The notes under the pieces were generated by a model. It saw only the letters and a program-made list of their open reading frames with translations, was not told the DNA's origin and did not search any database. A stretch of DNA of 63,236 bases, the filler included, from Octopus bimaculoides (lineage: Eukaryota): NCBI RefSeq assembly GCF_001194135.2. It is 4 parts of 4 records of this genome, joined end to end, with 100 filler letters (N's around TTAATTAATTAA, not from the genome) between each part and the next. Parts side by side here need not be neighbours in the genome. Positions count along the whole stretch, not along the records: positions 25,905 to 55,810 come from NC_068991.1; 3 more parts are not named here. One strand, 5' to 3'. The position numbers and the translations under genes are program-made. Shown piece by piece: positions 42,170 to 53,050 of this stretch; positions within the stretch are counted from its first letter, which is position 1; each line of letters starts with the position of its first letter.

Positions 42170-45100
42170 CTATTGTGTCTGTTTGTTTTATGCACTTTCC
42201 AAAAATGAGCAGGGATATAAACAGAAATAAAGCAGTGAAGAAATTAATGAATTATAGTAAATATTTTTATAACTGTAGTGACAAGTATAAAACTTATTGT
42301 CTTTGTATAACACAAAATAAAAGTTGAGAGCAAATTTTTGAAGTTGTTTTGTTCATCAGACACATTATATACTGGTACATACAGCATATACATACATTAT
42401 ATACAAATGTGTACTAACATACACTCACACAATGTGTCACATAATTTTGTCAGGTTTGCATTCAGTACTACATACTATTCCAAAGAATTAAGGCCTAATG
42501 TATTGAAGAAACATTAAAAAATAGCTATGGAACAATACATAATAGTTGGCACTTACCCCTTGCCACTTGGTTTCGACAGGCTCGTAAAGACTGAAACAAG
42601 CTGAATCCATCTATTGTAAGGAAAGCCTTCCTGTAAAGAATCATTAATTCTTCATGCTGAAAAATAATAATACATATGAACAAAATTTCACTTAAAAAGA
42701 AGTTTAGATTTTCAATAAATTTTCCCCAACTCCTCCTCTCTGCTTTAAGTATATCGTGTAAGCATGATTTCTATAAAAATGTGATGATATTTAAAAATAT
42801 ATATCTATAATAACCAGGATTATAAATCCACACCTAAAGGTTTCCTGTACTCAACTTTATTTGACTGTAGTGGGTTTAAAGGAATACAGATATCAAACAA
42901 TACCCAAAACTGATGCAATATCAACCATGTGATAACTCCACTCTCCCTCAGAATCAATAAACCCTGATAAAACAGTTAGTGTGTACAGATGACACCAAAA
43001 TGTCACTCTAGTTTCTCTAAGTCCAAGTCCTGTTTCTCTAATTAAGTCATTAACAAATAAATAATAAGAAATAAGAATCATGAAATTCTGACCTCTACTT
43101 GAGATATTAAGTACCACTATGCCCGAAAATCAAAGCAAGAAAACTTAAGAGAGGTTTTAGCAAGAAATTCTTTCTAAAACAAGGTTAAACTCTGTTTCTC
43201 AAACCGAGGAGTGCTCAGTTCCAGTTTTCAACTCCAAGCAATAACACTGTTTGAATTGTAGTTATATGCAGCATAGAATTTGGCAAGAATTGCAGTTACT
43301 TAAATACCATGAAGAGGGATTCAGGCATTTTTAAGAATAAGGTGACTTGATTTGATTCTTTATTTTTTTATTTTGCATAGACTTGGGGTTGGATGTGGAA
43401 TACTGTGGAGTTTTCTGTAAGATAGGGTTACAGTACTTTGGCTCACTTATAAGCATTAATGATCTACCCAAAATCTTCTTTGCAATATGTGTTTATTCTA
43501 TCATCTTTTCCTTTATTAAAATAAGAATTTTGAGAGCCTGATACTATTTTTCAGAGTCATATTTGTGATATAAATTCTTCAAATAAACCCTACTTTTACA
43601 GGACAAAATATAATCTATCATGCTGATGTCATGTAAATCATGTGTAATTATGCATATCTCAATATATTTCCTTTTCAAGAAATAGAGCTTCGATCTTTAA
43701 CTATATATACATACATCTATCATCATCATCAACCTTAAACATCTGATTTCCATGCTGGTATGAGTTGCACGGTTTGATCAAAGCTATCAAGCAGGAGAGG
43801 TCCTCCAGATTCCAGTTTGATTTATTCTGGTTTCTAGAGTTGGATGACCATTTTAATACTAATCGCCATTTAATATCCCCTTTTCCATGCTTGCATAGGT
43901 AAGACAGATGGACTTGTTGAGGCAGATTTTCTGTGGTTAGATGTCCTTCCTTTTCCACCCCTCACCTGTTTCTAAGCAAGGTAGTATTTTCCTATGGCCA
44001 GACTTGTTTTACACAAGGGACTGGAAACAAACAACATCACTTGTATGATGGTGATACTCATTGACAACTATCATGTGATTTCCAGACAAGAATACACACA
44101 AACATAAACATGCACACACGCACGCACACACACACACATGATGAGCTTCTTTCACTTTCTCTCTACCAAATCCACTCACAAGGCTATAGCAGAAGTCACT
44201 TGCCCAAAGTGCAACACAGTGGGACAACTGAATCAGAAGCACATGATAGTTTCTCCCAAAGTAGAAATTGGGCAAAAAAAACTTAGGATATGAGTAAGTA
44301 TATTTAGGTATTAGAGCTGAACTTGCTTCACAAACGAAATTTCATAGAAAAGATAATTATGCATATACATACCAAAATACAAATTCAATCCAGTAAATGA
44401 AATGCAATATCAACTCTACCTGTTCAGCCATCCCAAGATATCTTGGTGCTTCATAGGATTTGCATTTCAGCTTCTGAACTGGTTCCTCATGCAATAGTTG
44501 TGATAGCAATAATGTTCCATTCTATAAAGAAAATACAGTATTAGATATAATTTTTTTAAAAATTAACCTTAAAAGAGAATATAAAAGAAAAAAAAGAAAA
44601 GGTAAATATCTGTATTATTATGTTTATGTATTTGTGTTGCAAGTTTGCTAATGTGAAAGTATATGTTGAAACAGATATTGTTAGATTTGGGGAGGGTCAT
44701 GTTCCCCGCCCCCATTAACCACATACACTATATACTTGGTCTTCTTAAATCCTTTGTCACACATTCTGTGACCTCTTCAGTGACTCTCCACTCCATGTAT
44801 CTCCTCCTGTTTAGTCCATTTAGAGAATGGACGAAGCAGAACAGGAGACACATGGAGTGGAGAGATACTAAAGCGGTCACAGAATGTGTGATGAAAGATT
44901 TAAGATAAAGAGCACTAAAATAAGAATAATAATAAAGTTGAAGTGAAGATCAAGTATATAGGACATATGGTCAATTAGCAAAAAAAAAATGACCATCCCA
45001 AAACAACAAAATCTGTATTATTGCTTACATTTAATTCTCTGCCTTGGATAGACATTAGCATATTTAGGAATTAGCCCTTCAATACCAATCTACCTGAGAC

Positions 45101-48100
45101 CACCCCTGCTACTAGGATACAACCTTCATATTTTAAAGTGGTCTAAATTAAAATTTCCCATTTAAATTTCATGCTGATTCATGTTCCAAAAATCAGCTTA
45201 ATAATGACAAGTTATTTTACCACATTCTTAATTATTTACAAATTTCACTGAAATAAAGATGTATTTCAGATGAAATATGGTAACAAAACGGTTAATATGG
45301 ATTGTGGCAGCAAGGATATTAGTACTATTGTGCATTGAGACTTAAGGCAAACGAAATGCACCGTGATGTTATTGAAAGTATCTCAGCTAGTTTCAAAATG
45401 GAGTTGATAATTCCAAAAGACAATACCAAAAATAGAGAGGGATCACAAATGTATATACAACTTGCAAAAGTAACTTTGAACTTGCACACAATGTTACAGC
45501 TTCTTAGTAGTTGGTTGCTTGTTTTGAAGGGTACACAGATATGCTATATAATATAAGGACAATGTGCACAAATATAACCACAATGAGAACGGTAGTTCTA
45601 GATTGCCAGATAATGCTATCTCTGCTGATTACAGACGTCTAAGTGCACTATGTCATACAAAACCCTGCATTGTACAACTTATATTGTATGTATACTTTTA
45701 CTTGCAAACGCTAGCTTTGTCAGCTATCTAATCATTGAATACTAAGTAATCATGTCTTACCTCTGTATACATACAACTGCATCCTGAACAAAAGCTAACT
45801 ATTACACTAGTCCAATCTGGAGTTCCTTGCATGCTATCTAATCATTGAATACTAAGTAATTATGTCTTACCTCTGTGTACATACGAATGTATCCCGAAGA
45901 AAAGCCAACTATTACACAAGTCCAATCTGGAGCTCCTTGCATGCTTCTGTGAAAACAATATAGATACAATATATATAGATAAACAGAATAAAATAAGTGA
46001 ATGCTTAGAAATTTATAGCATACCTTCTGACATTGGGTATCTAAGTGGTGATCAGTTATGCAACACAAGAAAAGTAAATTTTTTTAGAGTTTAACATCTC
46101 TTCTACAAAATCCATGTCCTTTAGTTAATATTAAAAATCAATATTGCTGTTTATGTTAATGTAATGTATTGGCAATGTTAGTCTGTGTATAGAATATCAA
46201 ACTAAAAACACTCTTATACTGTTTAGTTTCAACTATTCCTGCTCCGAGCTATAATCCTTCCAGGATCAACTTAACCTTCCATCATTTAATAAAATACAAC
46301 CACTAATGTATTACAATTGATTTGACTATATTCCAGTCTTGGAAAAAACAAAAATTGCCCTGATGTCTAAGGAAGAAATTATTTGCAACTTTCTAATGAT
46401 TACCTCAGTGTTAAAAATAGGGAAGAAGAATTTAGTTATGGAAATAGAAATGAGAGTAGTCTTAATGGCATATTTTTCTCTTTACCACAATCTGGTTATA
46501 AAACGAGACACACCAAATGAATTTAGGGCGTCTATGAAACACTACTTCCTAAATTCCACATAAGACTGGCTTGCCTCTGTAACTGTAACACAAGTTGCCC
46601 CATTCCTATTAGTTGTGAGAATAATCATTAATCAAGCTGTACAATAATACAAAAAGTTGATGATTCAATTAACATGTAAATAGAAAAATCTCTAAACATG
46701 ATCCCAGCATGAATGAAAACTAAAATAAATTCGAAAGGCTTACTTTTTCTGAGATGCAAGAGGTAAGCACAAAACCGCTGTAATTTGTTCACTGCAAAAA
46801 ATAAAGAAAAATGTTAAATAGAATCTTGTATTTAACAACAACAGCAACAATAATAATATCGTACGATATTAATTATCTCCCCTTTTGCCAATGTCCACTT
46901 TGCTTTTCCTATCTTACAACAAATAATCAGACAAATTACTGGGATTGAAATAATCAACTAAAACCTTTCAATACGCTGTCCCACAGTGGTTGCTGTCCAA
47001 AAAGAATAAAAAAGAAAGGTATATTATGTAGTTTTTATAAGATTGGTGCAAATAAAACTTTTAAAATTTAAGCTAATAATAAAAAGAGGATTAGTGATAA
47101 GAAAAATTGACCTAAGAAATATTTCTAACCTTATAATTTACACATAAAAAAATTCACTTACCCTTCTTCCTGTCGCAATGAACCTTGCCACACTGGACTA
47201 AGTTTGGATTCAAGACTTTCTTCTGAACCTTGGGGGTCATATTTCTCTACAAAACAAAAATGTTATCAAATATGAACCATAACCAATAATGTTTTAACAT
47301 TTGTTTTCCTATGCTGGGATAGTTTATTTGGGTCTACCAAGCAGTAACCTGGCACTGATCACAATCTTTTGTCATAGCATTTGTGAGGCCCAGCATCATG
47401 GATTATGGTCTCATCATTTCTTCTTCCCACATCTTCTATCTTCTTTTCAGCACTCCTTCACTCACTACTTGTCCTCCATCTGCAATCATATGTCCTGTAT
47501 CGCTTTGGTATTTTCTGCTATATACATTGACTAAAAAATAATGCTCTTAACATTAATTTGTTTTTGCAGCTCAGTTGTGCCCTGTCTTTTATAAAAGTTA
47601 GCAATACACACCTAACAGACCACTACACTTCTTTCCAGCCTCCACACAACTCTCACATGTCTAACTATCAGATGAGAGTAGTCTTAATGGCATATTTTTC
47701 TCTTTACCACAATCTGGTTATAAAATGAGACACACCAAAATGGTATATTTAAGCAAATATAAAGTAATACTCTTTCTTTCAACTAAAATGTTGTCAAAAT
47801 GAATGAAACAAGAATGTTTTTTCTTTTGTTTTATCTTACTGGACTCATGGCTAACTACTGGTGCATAGCCTAGTGGTTAGGGTGTTGTACTCACAATCAT
47901 AAGATCATCGTTTTCATTCCAGGACTTGGGTTGTGTTCTTGAACAAAACACTTCATTTCACATTCTTCCAGTCATTCAGCTGTAAATGATTTCCAGCAAT
48001 AGCTTGTAAGTTAACCCTGTAACAGACTGGCATCCCATCTCAGTCACTTATAAACCATGGAAACCAGATTTAGGTCCAGCCTTATGAATCCTAAAGTTCA

Positions 48101-51100
48101 CAACAGATCTAAGTAGTTATTTTTTCGAACAATGTTTTTATGCTGGAATGATGGAAGTGATATTTACAAATTTTCTTATTTTTATGTAGTTAAAGCAAAT
48201 ATTTTATAACTAGATGTATTTCCCATTACAAAGTACTAACCATTAAGTAAGAATGGAAGTTATTTTCAGTTAGAATGAGCTAAGTCAAATTATATGCTTT
48301 GCTTTTATGGCACAACTTAATCCTCTGATTAATATATTTCTGCTGAAATATACACACTGTGTTTCAACTAATTTCTGAAGTAATTAAAGTAAAATAATTT
48401 TGTCATTATTAAGCTGGTGCTTGAAACTTAAATTAGCATGAAATTTTGATGGATGATTTTAATTTTGATCACTTTAAAACAAGATGTTTGTGTTCTAAAG
48501 CCAGGCAGTTTGATAACAAAAGGGTTAGTAGCTTCCTGGGAGGTGTAAAGCAAATTGAAGGTAGAATGTTGAGACATCAAATAAGAGATAAATAAATTAG
48601 TTTGGATGGCTTCTAACCACCTGTATTATCCTCCCAATTTCCTTATTCTGATAAGAATGACAATGAAAGTAGATATCTGATGATGATGGTAGTTGTATCG
48701 AGATTATAAAAATGATGATGAGTTACAAATGATATCAACTCTATGATAAAAAAGTTGATGATAATAATAACAAATGATTATTTTTAAAATTATGATCACT
48801 GTGATGAAGAGAATTTCAAAATTGCTTGTTATTGAGTTAGGGAAAAAAATAAGGCACATTACTAGTTAATTTTCACTTGACAGTAGAAAAACACTGACAA
48901 TTAATTACTGGCACTCCATCAGTTATGATGACAAGTGTTCGAGTTGATATGGTCATCAGAACAGCCTGCCCATGAAATTAACATGCAAGTGGCTGAGCAC
49001 TCCACAGACACACATACTCTTAACATAGTTCTCAGCATGACATGGAATGTGATAATTACAGGTACAACTTATTTTTGCCAGCTCATTGAAATGGAGCAAT
49101 TGAAATAAAGTGTCTTGCTCAAGGACACAATGTGCCTCCAGGAATTAAACTTATAATCTTATGATCATGAGGTGAACACCTTAACCAATAAGCACAATTG
49201 TCTGATTGGAAACAAATTGAACATAATTGCTAACTATTATGTTCAAATAGTTAGCAATAGGATAAAGCTTCCCACCAGTTGTAACGCTATTTATTTCAAC
49301 AATTCATGTGCGAATATTAAAATCTTCCCACTCCAATAAACAACATTACATTGATACCAATAAGAAAGAAAGAAAGGAAAATATGCAAGTAAATCAAGTA
49401 ACATTGAAATGATTAAATATTTGATTATGTAAGAGAGAGAAAGAGAGAAAATCTGCAAACATCAAAAAATTCAAGTAAAGAGACTTACGAGCAAGAAGGA
49501 CAATACGATCTTCATTAGCAATGGCCAATAAATCATTGGCTGGTGATAGCGATATTATGGAATCTTGTAGCCATGTCTCATGCTCTTTTCTTCTATTATG
49601 ATTCTCTTCTTCTTCATCTTGATTCTGGGAGTCCACTGTCCAATCCCAAGATGATGACCAAGCATCTAAGAAATTGAACAGAAACAATAAGGAAACAATT
49701 AATTCAGATACCAAATTGATAATGTACTACCATTCTAAGTTCAGTCAAGACACATTAATCTGATTGACAATGTTGCCTATCTATAAAACAGATACCACAA
49801 CTTCTACTCTGAAGTTGAGAAGTGAATGGTAAGGAAATCAAACTAATAAAAAGAAAGAAACAAACAAAGAAAAATTGCTCATATTTCAAATTTTACAAAG
49901 CCATCCAATTCAAACTATTATAAAGGAAAAGGTGAGTGGAAAGCAAAGTGTGAAAAACAGTAATGTCCAAAATGATTATAAACACCTATTTAGAAGTTTC
50001 TAAATGTTACAGATGGCTACTGACACAAAAGTTCAAAACACTGATGACAGCACAATACTTGAACTAGACAGTGTTGATAATGATAGAAACTCAAAATACT
50101 GACACTAAGCTTTGTGATAACAATCATCATCATCATCATCGTCGTCGTTTAACGTCCACTTTCCATGCTAGCATGGGTTGGACGATTTGACTGAGGACTG
50201 GTAAAACCAGATGGCTACACCAGGCTCCAATCTGATTTGGCAGAGTTTCTACAGCTGNNNNNNNNNNACCAGGCTCCAATCTGATTTGGCAGAGTTTCTA
50301 CAGCTGGATGCCCTTCCTAACGCCAACCACTCAGAGTGTAGTGGGTGCTTTTACGTGCCACCAGCACGAAGGCCAGTCAGGAGGTACTGGCAACAGCCAC
50401 GCTTGAAATGGTGACAATATAAATAATAATATTGCTGGTCAGCATCAAATAATGAAAGCACAGTGTACAAATTACCAAACAGCCAGTTATGAGGCAGGTA
50501 ATCTGTATGCTGTCACTGATAAAGAGTTGTGTTCTTGACCAAAACACTGAATTAGAAACAGCAAAAGCTACTCATCTCTAATTAAGTACTACAGCGTGGA
50601 AGAGTTCACCATTCAGAAGTAACAAATATTTTTTTTTTTAGTTTGCAATATTGAACCCAATTTCTCTCATGCAAGAAGTTATATGAGAAATGCCAGTGTC
50701 CTGTCCAAGTGGGTATTTTCTTTCTCATCTATTTAATGCAAAACTCACTAGTATTGAGCACCAACCTTATAGACATTTGTGATTCAAAAAATTTAGCAAA
50801 AATAGAATAACCAGTATAAATTGTTAGATTATGACACTGAAAAAGAATATAAATACCCGTTGAGGATTGTAACATCATTATTTATTATTGACTGCAAGAG
50901 GATAATAACATTTAAGCTTCAAGGCAACATAGATACATCATCATCATAATTTTTGTTTGCTTCTTGATAATAGCCTGGATTGGTTAAGTACTAACTGATC
51001 TTTTTTGTTTTTTTGACGAAGTTTCTATGGTCTGATTCTTTTTTTGGTGCCAATCACCCTGCAGGATATACTAGGATTATTTTGTCATGACACCAACGAT

Positions 51101-53001
51101 TGAAAGGTTTCTTGTCTCTGACAAGACTAAAGAGCTCTCTCTCTATTCTATGTTGTCTGTACTCATTTGTTCCCCAACACCAGAAAGGTTATCTCCTGTC
51201 CTACCCTATGTTGTCCCCATTTGTTTGTTTCTTTTTACAACACACAACTGAGTTAGAGGAGAGGAAGAGAAAGAATAATAGGAGAACCAGAATGATAGGA
51301 ACAAGAGAGTGACACAAGAGAGTAATGAAAGAAGCTAAATGATGGTTGTTGGCATTGTCAAGCATGGGTTGGATAGTTTAACACGATCTAATATCGGAGG
51401 ACTGTATTAAGCTCCAATGTCTGTTTTGACATGATTTCAATGGCTAGCTGCCCCTCCTAATGCCAACCTTTCAAAGAATCTAATTGGTGTTTTCTGTTTA
51501 ATGGCACCAACACTAGTGAGGTTGCCATGTAACTTACAAAATAAAAAGCACCTCTCAAACTGAGTAGGAGTTAGTAGAGCAGGAGGCAGCTTTATGCAAG
51601 GTAATGACAGGTTAGAGTATGATAAAGGGACTGCAACAGGTTTGTTGCTGTAGAAGAGATACATGGCTAGCCTGCATTTTATAAAAGACATGAAGGCAGC
51701 AAGCTGGCAGAATTGTTAGTACACCAAACAAAACGCTTCCCAGCATTTTTCTGGCTTTATGTTCTGAGTTCAAGTTCTGCCAAAGTTGACTTTGCCTTTC
51801 ATCCTTTTGGGGTGGATAAGATAAGTACCAGTTGAGCACTGGAATCTATGTAATCAATTAGTCTTTCCCTCCAAAATTTCAGGCCTTTGGCCAATAGTAG
51901 AAAGGACTGTATAAACAACATAACCAAAAGCAACAGATTTTATTACCAGTTGGTAACCAACAAGGAAGCTAGTATGTGCACAATTTAGATACTGCAGTGA
52001 AAGTGAGGAGCACTGGATGATGTTATCAATGACAAAATTTTCATTATCAGTTAGCTTTGAGGTATTTCTGATGGTCAAATATGTAAAGCATTGAAGTGTC
52101 TTCATGAGAGAAATTTTAGCAGAATTTCCAAAGTCATTATTCACAGTTTAAAAAGTATTTCTCAATTCACAAAGTCAATAAGTACCAGTCATATACTGGG
52201 GTCCATCTTACTGACACTATTTACACTTACCATTTTGTTTCTTGTGCCATGTGAGAAATTTTAATTAAAGGTAGTCAACAAATAACTCAGTTTGTAATCT
52301 TATTTCAATTTTGTTTCAATTTCTAATGTGAACCATTTCAGTTAGGCCTTTGGAAAAAGCATTCTAATTTCAACTTATCATCTCTTCCTTTTTTCAAGGT
52401 TGCAAGTATAACTAAGAAATTATTAAGGATTAGTGATGGTGTTTGTAGTAGTAATAGATATACTTGGGTCAGAATAACAAACCATTAGTAAAAGAACAGA
52501 AAATAGTAATAAGTACTATAATAAAAAAAAACCCTCTAAAATAGAAAAAGTTTACACTACATGTTCAAAAACATCTAAAGAGCAAAATATATAAAAACAA
52601 ACAAACAATAAAACATGGTATACCCAAGTGTGAATAGGTAAGCTATTGAGTAATAAAGTAAGGGATAAATTACAGAATAATGAATATAAAAAAATTCTCA
52701 GTTAATCAAAATTTCACTTAGTTGAGAAAGGAAACAAAAACCTATTGACAATTGTTAGAAATTCACGAGAGAAGGGAGATAATTTTTTAAACAGTTAAGC
52801 ATTAAGAATTAATTTTATAAAATTTATTTACATGGTAAGAGGAAAATCTGATTTTTATTTAAAAGCAGAGGACAACTGCAGATATGTTTAAGTCTTACTG
52901 GAGCTCTCAGTATAGCATAGTCTACTCAAGCTCCCTTTGATCAGTTGACTACTTTTCACATACTGATAAAAAGTTCCACCAGCTTTAGGCTAGTAATAAT
53001 T

Positions 53002-53050
<49 letters not shown>

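Noticed and set aside
50218-50307. Exact 39-bp duplication on either side of a 10-N gap (similar at 4022)
   Set aside because: Typical overlapping-contig gap artefact.
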